This document shows positions 8,664-19,900 of a stretch of 34,022 bases of DNA, piece by piece. The stretch spans positions 1 to 34,022 of the forward strand of contig JBIOXB010000020.1 of assembly GCA_044869275.1 (NCBI GenBank). The letters run 5' to 3'. The position numbers and the translations under genes were made by a program. This stretch comes from a bacterium (GTDB lineage: Bacteria > Zhuqueibacterota > Zhuqueibacteria > Zhuqueibacterales > Zhuqueibacteraceae). Positions within the stretch are counted from its first letter, which is position 1, and each line of letters opens with the position of its first letter. The notes below the pieces were generated by a model. It had not been told where the DNA came from. It ran no database searches and saw nothing but the letters and a program-made list of their open reading frames with translations.

Positions 8664-9593
8664 ATGAAAATCTTGGTCACCGGCGGAGCCGGGTTCATTG
8701 GTTCGCACCTCGCCGATGCTTTTTTGACGCTCGGCCACGAAGTCGTTATCGTCGATAATTTGATCACCGGCCAGCGGGACAATATCCCTCCGCGGGCAAA
8801 ATTTTACGAAGCCGATATTCGCAGCGCGGAAATGGCTGCCATTTTCGCGCAAGAAAAATTCCACGCCGTCTGCCATCAAGCGGCGCAAATGGATGTGCGC
8901 AAATCCGTAGCGGATCCGCGCTACGACGCCGAGGTCAACATTCTCGGCACGCTGAATCTGCTGGAACAAGCGCGTGAAACCGGCGTGCAGAAGTTCATTT
9001 TCGCCTCTTCCGGCGGCGCGATGTACGGCGAGCAAGAGCAATTTCCCGCGGCGGAAGAGCATCGCACTTGGCCGGCCTCGCCGTATGGCATCACCAAGCT
9101 CACTTGTGAAAAATATATTGCCTTCTTCGGGCAAAATTATAATATGAAGTATGTGCTGCTGCGCTACGCCAACGTCTATGGTCCGCGCCAAAGTCCGCAC
9201 GGCGAAGCCGGCGTCGTCGCAATTTTTACCTCGCGCCTGTTGGCCGGACAGCATCCGGTGATTAATGGCGACGGCAAGCAAACGCGCGATTATGTTTACG
9301 TGCACGACGTCGTCAAAGCCAACGTTGCCGCCTTGAATTATGCGCGCAGCGATTATTTCAATATCGCTACCGGCGTTGAAACCGATGTGAACGAGCTGTT
9401 CCAGCTTTTGAATCGCGCCACCGGCGGCCGCGCGTCAGAACAACACGGCCCGGCGAAGGCGGGAGAGCAAATGCGCAGCGTGTTGGACGCGAGCAAGGCC
9501 AGACGGCTTTTGGGCTGGCAGCCCGCGATGCCGATCCAGCAGGGCTTGGCGGATACCGTGCATTGGTTTCAAAATCGCAGCCCACGAACGTGA
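8664..9593 (+). CDS. NAD-dependent NDP-sugar epimerase/dehydratase (UDP-glucose 4-epimerase-like extended SDR)
   Basis: MKILVTGGAGFIGSH, YGITK (YxxxK), LRYANVYGPRQ, GDGKQTRDYVYV. AAAGGA RBS. Confidence 0.93.
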   Translation: MKILVTGGAGFIGSHLADAFLTLGHEVVIVDNLITGQRDNIPPRAKFYEADIRSAEMAAIFAQEKFHAVCHQAAQMDVRKSVADPRYDAEVNILGTLNLLEQARETGVQKFIFASSGGAMYGEQEQFPAAEEHRTWPASPYGITKLTCEKYIAFFGQNYNMKYVLLRYANVYGPRQSPHGEAGVVAIFTSRLLAGQHPVINGDGKQTRDYVYVHDVVKANVAALNYARSDYFNIATGVETDVNELFQLLNRATGGRASEQHGPAKAGEQMRSVLDASKARRLLGWQPAMPIQQGLADTVHWFQNRSPRT

Positions 9594-9685
9594 GCGCATG
9601 ATTGTATAAACTTTTCCGCGTGTTGCGCGGGCCGGCAATTTTTTGGCCTCATCATCATTATGCGACGGGGTGACGGATAGCCGAA

Positions 9686-10882
<1,197 letters not shown>

Positions 10883-10925
10883 AATTGCCGAGGATCGCGG
10901 TTTAAATAACTTACCTGTTTTTTTG

Positions 10926-10996
10926 AAACCGCGAATTAACGCGAATGTACGCGAATAGGTTCTCAATTCGCGTTTATTGGCGTCCATTCGCGGTTT
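10926..10996. repeat. Palindromic element of tandem 10-nt units
   Basis: aaaccgcgaat taacgcgaat gtacgcgaat - 9-nt loop - attcgcgttt attggcgtcc attcgcggttt. Confidence 0.9.
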
Positions 10997-11030
10997 GAGA
11001 AATGGGAAAGTTATCCAGTTTTCAATCTAT

Positions 11031-11570
11031 ATGAAAACTCAAAAAAACTCCGTGCAACTCCGTGCAACGCTGTCCCTTTGTGTTGAAATCTCTTTATGGG
11101 TTGTAATAGTCGCACTGTTTTCAGGCTGCGGCCCTTATTCGTTTTCCGGCTCGACGACGCCGCACCTCAAAACCGTCGCAGTGCCGGTGTTCGAAGATCA
11201 GACCGCGGAATTCCGCCTGAAAGAGCAGCTCACGAACAGCATCATTCAGGCTTTCACGCGTGACAACACGCTCAAAGTTGTGGATCGCCGCGTGGCGGAT
11301 TCCATCGTGCAAGGCACGATCATGCGCGTGACGGAGCAGGCCGGGATTTACACGCAGGAAGAGCAAGTCCAGGAAATTCGCGTGAACGTCACGGCGCAAA
11401 TCAAGTATGAAGATTTGAAAAAGCGCAAGACGATTTGGGAAGAAAACATCACGCAATTCGGAACCTACACGCCGGGGAGCGCGGCTTCCGGTGACCGGCA
11501 GGCTGCGCTGGCTGAAGCGCTCGGCAAAATTGCCACGGAAGTCATCAATAAATCGGTGTCGAGCTGGTGA
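11031..11570 (+). CDS. lptE: LptE-like lipoprotein
   Basis: Lipobox LFSG-C followed by GPYSFSG..HLKTVAVPVFEDQT. Ends in a terminal W. Follows the sensor-less sigma-54 activator, an order I recall from FCB genomes. Start position is uncertain. Confidence 0.75.
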   Translation: MKTQKNSVQLRATLSLCVEISLWVVIVALFSGCGPYSFSGSTTPHLKTVAVPVFEDQTAEFRLKEQLTNSIIQAFTRDNTLKVVDRRVADSIVQGTIMRVTEQAGIYTQEEQVQEIRVNVTAQIKYEDLKKRKTIWEENITQFGTYTPGSAASGDRQAALAEALGKIATEVINKSVSSW

Positions 11571-11607
11571 CATTCCGGTAATAGTTTTTTTTAGTTCGAT
11601 AAAGCAG

Positions 11608-11636
11608 TTGCGGATGAGGTTTGTTTTTTTTATTTT
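11608..11636 (+). promoter_or_regulatory. Possible sigma-70-type promoter for the GT2 gene
   Basis: TTGCGG-17 bp-TATTTT in an AT-rich intergenic stretch. Confidence 0.4.
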
Positions 11637-11724
11637 TCACTTGGATTTTCTCGAACTCAATGGAGGAGAGGAGAGAGCCGGCGATTGTCCATAGCTAGGC
11701 GCTGGCGCTGTCATTTCTCAAATT

Positions 11725-13287
11725 ATGTCTAGTGTTATCGAATATTGCATTTTGGCAGTTTATTTCGTCTCACTGCTCATTCTCATGATTTTTGGCGCGC
11801 ACGGCTTCGTGATGGTATACTTCTTCAGGAAGCATCGCGGCCTGAAAGGTTTGCGCCCCAAGCCGTTGCCGCGGCAACCTCGTGTGACCATACAGTTACC
11901 GGTCTTCAACGAGTATTATGTGGTGGAAAGGCTGATTCGCGCCGCCTGCCGCGTGGACTATCCGCGCGATTGCCTCGAGATTCAGGTGCTGGACGATTCC
12001 ACCGATGAAACTGCCGCGGTATCGCGCCGGCTGGTGGAAGACTATCGCGCGCAGGGCTTCGATATTCATTGGAAGCATCGAGAGCATCGACAGGGTTTCA
12101 AGGCGGGAGCCTTGAAACACGGCCTGACCGCCGCCACCGGCGAGTTTATTGCCATCTTCGACGCGGACTTTATTCCGCCGCGTGATTTTTTGACGCGCAC
12201 GCTGCCCTATTTTGCCGAGGCAAAAACCGGGATGGTGCAAACACGGTGGGGACATCTAAATGCCGACTATTCCCTGCTCACGCGCCTGCAGGCGATCGGC
12301 TTGGACGGGCACTTTGTCGTGGAGCAGACGGCGCGCAACGGCGCGGGATTCTTTATCAACTTCAACGGCACCGCCGGCATCTGGCGCAAAGCCTGCATCC
12401 TCGACGCCGGCGGCTGGTCGGACGATACGCTCACCGAAGACCTGGATTTGAGCTATCGGGCCCAAATGCGTGGCTGGCGGTTCAAGTTTTTGCACGATCC
12501 GGTTTGCCTTTCGGAACTGCCGGCGGAGATGAGCGCGTTGCGCTCCCAACAATTCCGCTGGACCAAAGGCGCGATCGAAACCGCCAAAAAGATTCTGCCA
12601 CGGCTCTGGCGCGCGCGGTTGCCCTGGCGCATCAAATTGCAAGGTGCGGTGCATCTGACCAATAATTTGGTGTTTCCGTTCATTCTTATCGTCGGACTCC
12701 TGCACCCCGCGCTGGTTTACATCAAAAACGACGGCATCGGCGAGCACTCGCTTTATTTTGCAATTACAGGGGTATTCGTCGCCGCGTTCTGGGGGTCTTT
12801 TATGATGTATCTGACCTCGCAGAAAGAATTGTATCCGGACTGGCGGCAACGCATGTTGTATTTTCCGATATTCATGGCCGGCAGCATGGGGCTGGCTTGC
12901 AACAACACGCGCGCGATCTTGCAGGGATTGTGCAATCGCAAGAGCGAGTTCACGCGCACACCCAAGTATCGCATCGAAAGCGTCAGCGACCAGTTTCGCG
13001 ACAAAAAATATTTCGAGAGCGAGGTCACTCATAACGGCGGTGTCATCAAATGGGCAAACGCGGGCCTGGGCGAGTTGGCGCTGGCCCTGTACAGTTTCGC
13101 GGGAATTTTGCTTTCGCTTTACTATTTGGAATTCGCAGCAATTCCGTTTCAAAGCATGTATTGTTTTGGTTACGCCTTCATCGGTTTTCTTTCGTTCAAA
13201 CAAGTCCTGTGGCCGTACGGCAGGCAATTTTTCGAAAAGGAAGTTTGGTTTTCGGGGCGCGCCAAGCAGGCGGTGCCTTCGCATTAG
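11725..13287 (+). CDS. Processive family-2 glycosyltransferase (cellulose-synthase-like), polytopic membrane protein
   Basis: QVLDDSTD, FKAGAL, IFDADF, TEDLD and QQFRW (D,D,D,QxxRW), plus N- and C-terminal TM helices. Confidence 0.92.
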   Translation: MSSVIEYCILAVYFVSLLILMIFGAHGFVMVYFFRKHRGLKGLRPKPLPRQPRVTIQLPVFNEYYVVERLIRAACRVDYPRDCLEIQVLDDSTDETAAVSRRLVEDYRAQGFDIHWKHREHRQGFKAGALKHGLTAATGEFIAIFDADFIPPRDFLTRTLPYFAEAKTGMVQTRWGHLNADYSLLTRLQAIGLDGHFVVEQTARNGAGFFINFNGTAGIWRKACILDAGGWSDDTLTEDLDLSYRAQMRGWRFKFLHDPVCLSELPAEMSALRSQQFRWTKGAIETAKKILPRLWRARLPWRIKLQGAVHLTNNLVFPFILIVGLLHPALVYIKNDGIGEHSLYFAITGVFVAAFWGSFMMYLTSQKELYPDWRQRMLYFPIFMAGSMGLACNNTRAILQGLCNRKSEFTRTPKYRIESVSDQFRDKKYFESEVTHNGGVIKWANAGLGELALALYSFAGILLSLYYLEFAAIPFQSMYCFGYAFIGFLSFKQVLWPYGRQFFEKEVWFSGRAKQAVPSH

Positions 13288-13450
13288 TGCTCTGTCACCT
13301 TGATTTCGTCGGCTTTTTTGCCTAGGAGCCGGCCTCGCTATTGTGGGTCGCAACAGCGGCTCGTTGAGCGATGCTCCACCAAGGGCAAGGCTTCAGATCA
13401 AGGCAACGGTGCACGGTCCGTCCCGGAACAGATTAAAAAGGACAGTCGTG

Positions 13451-14848
13451 ATGAACAACGCGGAAGTCGAGAATCTGGAAGCCTTGCAAGTGACCCTGCA
13501 GCAGAATCCTGACTCCCTCACCTTTGCGCGCGTCGCTGATGCGCTGATGATGAGGGGGCGCCTGGACGAAGCCATTCAAATCTGCGAAGAAGGGGTAAAG
13601 CGGCATCCCCAGTACGTCACCGGCCACATGGTGCTTGGTAAATGCTACATGCAGAAAAAACTGTATGAGCAGGCGGAAAAGGAGTTCAAACGGGTTCTGC
13701 TGTTTGATCCGAAATACATTGCCGCGCATCGTTACTATGGCGACCTCATGCGCGAAATCGGCTGGGAAAACACCTGCGAGATGAGCTACCGCAAGATTCT
13801 GCACATTGATCCGCTCGACGACAAAGTGCGGGGTGTGGTCGAAGATTTCGCGCGCAAAGCGCAGGCCACGAAATCCGTTGCTCCCGCGCCTGCCGCGAAA
13901 TCACCCGAACGGCCGAAAGAAGCTCCGAAGCCCGCACCTGCACCCGCCAGCACCAGTGCTCCCTCGATCAAGAGAATGCCACTCGACGTCGATAATCTGT
14001 TCGAAGACTCGGATCTCGTTTTGCCGCCCGCTGCTCCCCCAGCACCGGCCTCGCCGAGTCCGGCCAAGAAGAGCGAGCCCGTGTTTGCCCGGAGTGAGCC
14101 GGCGAATGCCGCTAGAGCGGAGAAACCGGCTCCGAAAATCGAAAAACCCCCGACCGCTCCGGTGGAATCGAAAGCGCCGCCGCTTTCCAAGTCCGACGAA
14201 GCGCGTTTCTCTTCCATTCTCGATGATATTTTCCATGAAGAATTGACCGACGAAGCGCGCTTTTATGAGCGCGGCGAGGATGCGCCGGCCCAGCGGCCCG
14301 GCCCTCCTCAGGAAGAGGAGGACGATGACCCCGACCGCTATGCGTGGAAAAAGGCGGTGCGGCCGGCCAAGACCATGCCGGAGGAAAGGGGGGAAAAGCC
14401 CACGGTGGCTAAAACCGGAATCGAGCCGCAGGAGCCCTCCGGCAAGACTCCCTCTGCCAGCGCCTCGCTGCGGCGCGAGGTGAAGTTTGACGAAGCTTTC
14501 GATGAAGTGGTTGCCGGCGAACCCTCCTGGGAACAGGCCGAGCCGATTCACATCATACCGCCCGAAAGCTTTGCGCCGGCAGCCGAGCCGGTGCGGCCGT
14601 CGTCGGTGAGCGTGGTGCAAGAAGTGGAAGAGCCCGCCAAGCCGCCGGTCATGCTGCCTGCCGAAGGCGGCGCGCGCGATCGTATTGTCACCCCCACACT
14701 GGGCGAGATTTATGCCGCGCAGGGCCAGTATGCCAAAGCCATCGGCGTGTTTGAGTTGTTAAGCAAGAAGGATCCGGCGAATCGCCATTTCCGTGAAAAA
14801 ATCGATTATCTGAAAAAGCGTCTGCAAGAGACCCAGAATGCGGGATAG
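13451..14848 (+). CDS. TPR-repeat protein with a long Pro/Ala/Glu-rich linker and a C-terminal TPR-like motif
   Basis: N-terminal TPR helices (FARVADAL.., GHMVLGKCY.., AHRYYGDL..) and C-terminal IVTPTLGEIYAAQGQYAKAIGVF. AAAGGA RBS before ATG 13451. Confidence 0.85.
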   Translation: MNNAEVENLEALQVTLQQNPDSLTFARVADALMMRGRLDEAIQICEEGVKRHPQYVTGHMVLGKCYMQKKLYEQAEKEFKRVLLFDPKYIAAHRYYGDLMREIGWENTCEMSYRKILHIDPLDDKVRGVVEDFARKAQATKSVAPAPAAKSPERPKEAPKPAPAPASTSAPSIKRMPLDVDNLFEDSDLVLPPAAPPAPASPSPAKKSEPVFARSEPANAARAEKPAPKIEKPPTAPVESKAPPLSKSDEARFSSILDDIFHEELTDEARFYERGEDAPAQRPGPPQEEEDDDPDRYAWKKAVRPAKTMPEERGEKPTVAKTGIEPQEPSGKTPSASASLRREVKFDEAFDEVVAGEPSWEQAEPIHIIPPESFAPAAEPVRPSSVSVVQEVEEPAKPPVMLPAEGGARDRIVTPTLGEIYAAQGQYAKAIGVFELLSKKDPANRHFREKIDYLKKRLQETQNAG

Positions 14849-15908
14849 AATCGCGCGCGTGCAACGCGGATTGCAAGAGCTGGATTTGCACGCCTTGTTT
14901 CTAAGCGCACCGCCGAGCGTGCGTTACGTCTTTGGTTTCACCGGCTCGAATGCGATAGGTCTGATCACGTCAGACCTATCTTTTTTTGCCACCGACTGGC
15001 GTTACCGCGACCAGGCGCAGGACGAAGTGCGCGAAACCGAAATCGTGACGGCTTATCGCGATCTTTTCGGCGCCTTGAAAGAGAAACGCGCGCTCGCGCC
15101 AGGGCAGCGTGCCGGCTTCGAAGAGCAGCATTTGACCTATCAGCATCTGACGCAGCTCCGCAAGCATTTTCCCGAGGTGAAGCTGACCACGACGGATCAC
15201 CTGATCGCGAAGTTGTCGGCGGAAAAATCTCCGGAGGAGCTGAAGCTGATGCGGCGGGCGGCACAAATCGCGTGCACCGTCTGGGAGAAGTTACTGCCGC
15301 ATCTTCGCCCGGGCGCGACGGAGGCGGAGGTCACGGCGGAGCTGAATTATATCGCGCGCAAATGCGGCTCGCAGATTGAGCCCTTCGAGCCCATCGTCGC
15401 CAGCGGTCCGCGCGCGGCATTGCCGCACGGCCGCAGTTCCACGCGTGCGCTGCAGCATGGTGATGTCGTGGTCGTCGACTATGGCTGCGTGGTGGAAGGG
15501 TATGCGGCAGATTTCACGCGCACCATTGCCGTGGGCGAGCCCTCGCCCAAGCTTAAAGACGCCTATCGCGCCGTGAAAGAAGCGGGCGAACTCGCCTACG
15601 CCGCGATTCGCCCAAACATGTCCGCCAGCGCACTCGATGCCGTCGCGCGCCAGCATTTGGAAAAATACGGGTATGGCCAGTATTTCAATCATTCTTTGGG
15701 CCACGGCCTCGGGTTGGACGTGCACATGCTGCCGCGCCTCGGCCCGGAAAGCAAGGATGTCATTCCCCTGCACGCCGTCGTTGCCATCGAGCCGGGCGTG
15801 TATTTTCCCGGCGAAGGCGGGATTCGCATCGAAGATGACGTCCTGGTCACGGACAACGGCTGCGAGATTTTGACGCCGGTCTCGCGCGAGCTGATCTGTA
15901 TTGAATGA
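14838..15908 (+). CDS. Xaa-Pro aminopeptidase (M24B family)
   Basis: Creatinase_N-like start. Metal ligands in VVDYGC..YAADFTRT, HSLGHGLGLDVH, IEPGVY and GIRIED. Confidence 0.93.
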   Translation: MRDRIARVQRGLQELDLHALFLSAPPSVRYVFGFTGSNAIGLITSDLSFFATDWRYRDQAQDEVRETEIVTAYRDLFGALKEKRALAPGQRAGFEEQHLTYQHLTQLRKHFPEVKLTTTDHLIAKLSAEKSPEELKLMRRAAQIACTVWEKLLPHLRPGATEAEVTAELNYIARKCGSQIEPFEPIVASGPRAALPHGRSSTRALQHGDVVVVDYGCVVEGYAADFTRTIAVGEPSPKLKDAYRAVKEAGELAYAAIRPNMSASALDAVARQHLEKYGYGQYFNHSLGHGLGLDVHMLPRLGPESKDVIPLHAVVAIEPGVYFPGEGGIRIEDDVLVTDNGCEILTPVSRELICIE

Positions 15909-16945
15909 TGATGGCAGGTCCCCCGCAGGAAATCTTCACCATCATCGTCACCTACCAAAGCGCAGATCACATTCAGGCGTGCCTGGCTTCCTTGCCCCAA
16001 GCCGAGGGCGTACGCCAGCTCACGATTGCCGTCATCGATAATGCTTCGAGCGACGGCACGCCGGCGTTGCTCGAAGAAACTATGCGCGCTTTGCCGCAGC
16101 CGCGTGTGCGCTCTAGTCATGTTCGCAATCCGGAGAACCTCGGCTTCACACGGGCCTTGAATCAAGGATTGGTGCCGCGTCCAGCAGGAGCTGCCGTGTT
16201 GTTTCTCAACCCCGATACTCTTCTGCCGCCCAACAGCCTCGCCGCGCTCATGCAAAAACTATACGCCGATGATCACACCGGCGTGGTTGCACCCCAGTTG
16301 CGCTTTCCAGCCGCATCACTTTACCGGTCACGCCTGCGCGCACCGGCCTCCCCTCGATCTGAGCGAGGAGATTCCGGCTTGAACGCCTCGCGAGGCAATG
16401 GCCATGATGATGCCGAAGCGCACATGATCCAGCCTTCCTGCCGCCGCTTTCCGATTTATTGGGATTTGTTCTGCGAATTCTCCGGCTTGGCGCTGTTGTT
16501 TCCGCAATCGCCTCGCTTCAATCGCTGGAAAATGGGCGACTTCGATCATCGCTCCTCGCGCGAAGTGGATCAGCCCCAGGGCGCGTTTTTGCTCGCCCGC
16601 CCGGAGGTCGTGGAGCAAGTGGGTATGTGGGACGAACGCTTCCCGCTTTTTTTCAGCGATGTGGATTGGTGCCGCCGCGTGTGGCAAGCGGGCTGGAAAA
16701 TCCGCTTCGAGCCGGAAGTTTTCGTCTGGCATGCGCAAGGGGCCAGTGTCAAGAGATTCAAGCCGCGCGCGATTTGGAGTTCGCATGTTTCGTTCTGGCG
16801 CTATTTTCGCAAATGGCGACGGTCTTTTGCGGACGAAATGCTAAGCCTCATTGCCGGGCCGCTGTTGCTTGGCGCCGCAGTGTTGCGGATCATCTGGCAC
16901 CTTCTGATGAGCTTGTTTCCCGTGGTGAAATCCGGCAAGCCCTAG
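15905..16945 (+). CDS. Family-2 glycosyltransferase (WbbL/rhamnosyltransferase-like) with an internal insertion
   Basis: IIVTY, IDNASSDGT, NLGFTRALNQG, FLNPDT, WDERFPLFFSDVDWC. ATGA overlap with the peptidase stop. Confidence 0.9.
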   Translation: MMMAGPPQEIFTIIVTYQSADHIQACLASLPQAEGVRQLTIAVIDNASSDGTPALLEETMRALPQPRVRSSHVRNPENLGFTRALNQGLVPRPAGAAVLFLNPDTLLPPNSLAALMQKLYADDHTGVVAPQLRFPAASLYRSRLRAPASPRSERGDSGLNASRGNGHDDAEAHMIQPSCRRFPIYWDLFCEFSGLALLFPQSPRFNRWKMGDFDHRSSREVDQPQGAFLLARPEVVEQVGMWDERFPLFFSDVDWCRRVWQAGWKIRFEPEVFVWHAQGASVKRFKPRAIWSSHVSFWRYFRKWRRSFADEMLSLIAGPLLLGAAVLRIIWHLLMSLFPVVKSGKP

Positions 16946-16989
16946 GCTTGGCTCTGCTTGCATACCGTGTCGAACGCCGGAGGCGTGAA

Positions 16990-19900
16990 ATGTTGCCAGC
17001 GGCAAATTGTTTTTCGTTCGGAAAACTGCGGAGGAGCGCCCTCTTCCTGCTGAATTGCTTTTTTTCGCTGGCCCTGCTCTTGGCCCCTCCTGCTGCTGCG
17101 CAACCTGCAGCTGCAAATGAAATCATCGTCAAAATCAAGCCCGCCGTTTCTGTGCAGAAAAAAGACCAGAGTGGCGTGGAGATTCTCCGCGCCGCCGTTG
17201 CCGCAACACTGCGAGCGGCCGGAAATTATCTCGCCCTGCCGGCGTTGCCGGAAGAGTTTCCCGGGGAGGAGGGCCGGTATGTGTTGTTGCGCTTCGATCA
17301 GCCACCGCACAATCTTTCTCAATTGCTCCAGGATTTGCAGCATCTGCCCGAAATCGAGGCGGTGCAATTCAATCACCTCATGTCCATCGATGGCCGCTTC
17401 CTCGACCCCCCTTCACCTTACACGCCCGACAAGACTCCCAACGATTCGTTGTTCGCGGCGCAATGGGGTTTGCAAAAAATCCGCGCTCCACAAGCCTGGG
17501 AAGTGACAGCCGGCTCGTCGGGCGTCTTGATCGCCGTCATTGACACCGGTCTGGAGTTTGAGCATCCTGATTTGCAGCCCAATCTTTGGATCAATGCCAA
17601 GGAAGACCTGAATCACAACGGCCGCCGCGACGCCAGCGACGAAAACGGCCGCGACGAAGACGGGAACGGATTCATCGATGATGTCATCGGCTGGGATTTC
17701 ACCGACGCGCCGAATTTTTCCGATGGCGGCGATTACTTGCAGCGCGACAACGATCCTTCGGATGAAAACGGGCATGGCACCGCAGTGGCAGGAATCATTG
17801 CGGCCGTGGCGAATAATCATATCGGCATCGCCGGGCTTGCACCCGGCACCCGCGTCATGGCTTTGCGCGCCGGGAACAGTCAAGGCCTGTTGGAAGAAGA
17901 CGACGTCGCTTCGGCGATTGTCTATGCCATCATGAATGGCGCTTCGGTCATCAATATGAGCTTTGGCGACGCCGTGGTTTCGCCCATGCTGCGGGATGTC
18001 GTGCGCTTCGCCCATCGCCGCGGTCTCGTGCTCGTGGCCGCGGCGGGAAATTCCGCCAGCGCGGCGCCGCATTATCCCGCGGGCTTCGCAGAAACCATCT
18101 CCGTCGGTGCGAGCACGATTTCGGACCGCCTGGCTTCCTTTTCGAACTACGGCGCAACGCTCGACGTGGTCGCGCCCGGCGAAAATATCTGGACGACGAA
18201 AATTGGAAAAACCTATGCTGCTTTCAGCGGAACTTCCGCAGCCGCGCCCTTTGTCGCTGCGCTGAGCGGCTTGCTGTGGTCGCGTTCGCCGGATTGGAAC
18301 AACGAAATGATTCGCGCCGCGATGCAAAACAGCGCCGCCAATCCCGGCCCGGGTCATGGGGATAGATTTTTCGGCGCGGGCCGGATCGATGCCGCGGCCG
18401 CGGTGCAAAGCCATCGCGTCGCGCGCGCAGAAGTTCATTCTCCCGCAATGGACCAAGGCTTTTCCGCATTGCCGGCAGAAGGCGGAATCATCATTCGTGG
18501 CACGGCGCTGGGGGCGTTTATGACGGGCTACGAATTATCCTACGGCACCGGCGAGGATCCCACGGCATGGAGCACGATCGGCAAAACACAAAATCGCCAA
18601 GTGCTTGCCGATTCGCTCGGCTCCTGGCCGCTGCAGAACCTGAGCGAGGGTGTTTACACGCTGCGCCTGGGAGTATTTCAATCCTCCGGAGCGAATGTGG
18701 AGGACCGCACGCGCATTTTTGTCGATCGCACAGAGCCGCGTCTAAGTCGCCTTCGCCTGTTGCCCATGATCGACGGCAATCGCCACAGCGTGCTGATTGA
18801 ATTTGAAACCGATGATCTTTGCCATGCCACGCTGTTCTGGCGAGCGGCAAACTCCACCGGCGATTTCAAACCGGTGCCATTCAACTATTTCACGCGCCAG
18901 CATCGGTTCAATTTTTCGCAAGATATTGCCGCGGGAGAATTGGAGTTTTTTCTCGAGGCCACAAATCGCGCGGAACTGAAAATCGTGGATAACAATGAAA
19001 ACCGGCACTACCGGCTTCAGCTTGACCGGCCAGAGGTGTACATGACCTCTTTCGCCGAGCTCGCGGCTGCGCCTTTGCAAGCGATTCCGGCCGGGCATCT
19101 GCTGCCTCGCGCAAGTGATTTCAACGGCAACGGCTGGAGTGAATTGATCGTTGCGGTTTACGCTCGTCATCGCGCTTATGGTCCACTAACGATTTTCGAA
19201 AAAACTGCCGAAGGCTTTGCGCCGCGTTTTGTGTCCAGTTTTTCCGCGATTCCTCGTGATGTCGGCGATAGCGACGGCGATGGCAGGCTGGAAATTCTGG
19301 CCGGACTCGGCGCGCGCAGTTTCATTCTGGAAACGTCTGCGCCCGGGGCATTTCCGTCCGAAGTGGTTTGGGCGGATTCAAATGATTTTTGGGCGGCACG
19401 CTTCGCCGATCTGGATGCAGATGGCAAAAATGAAATCATCGGCCGACGCGGCGAAGTGTACTGCGTGCTGGAGAATGCGAGCGATCATTCTTTTGATGAA
19501 GTGGCGAGGCTTGAAAACTTTACCCCGGGCGAAAATTTGACGGGCGTGCCGCACGCCGAAATCGGAGACTTCGACGGTGATGGCCGAAACGAAATCTTGC
19601 TCGGAGACGCCGACGGAGATCTTTATATCTACGAAGCCATTCGCGACAATCAATTCGCCGCAACTTGGAAGGACAGCCTGCCATTGCACGATAGCATCGA
19701 TTTCATTCGTGCGCTCGATTTTGATGGTGACGGCCGGCAGGATTTTGCCGCCGGTTGCCACTCTGATCCAGCGCTGAACAGCGAAAATGAATACGATGCG
19801 CGGCATTGGCTCTTTCGCCTCTATCGCGCGCGCGCAGACCAGCAATTCGAAATGGTTTGGGAGCAGCGTTTCTTTGGCATGCAATCACCACGCGACTTTG

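Noticed and set aside
16459..16989. 177-codon N-terminal extension of the S8 protease ORF
   Set aside because: It overlaps the GT2 gene in another frame. The RBS and signal peptide point to ATG 16990.
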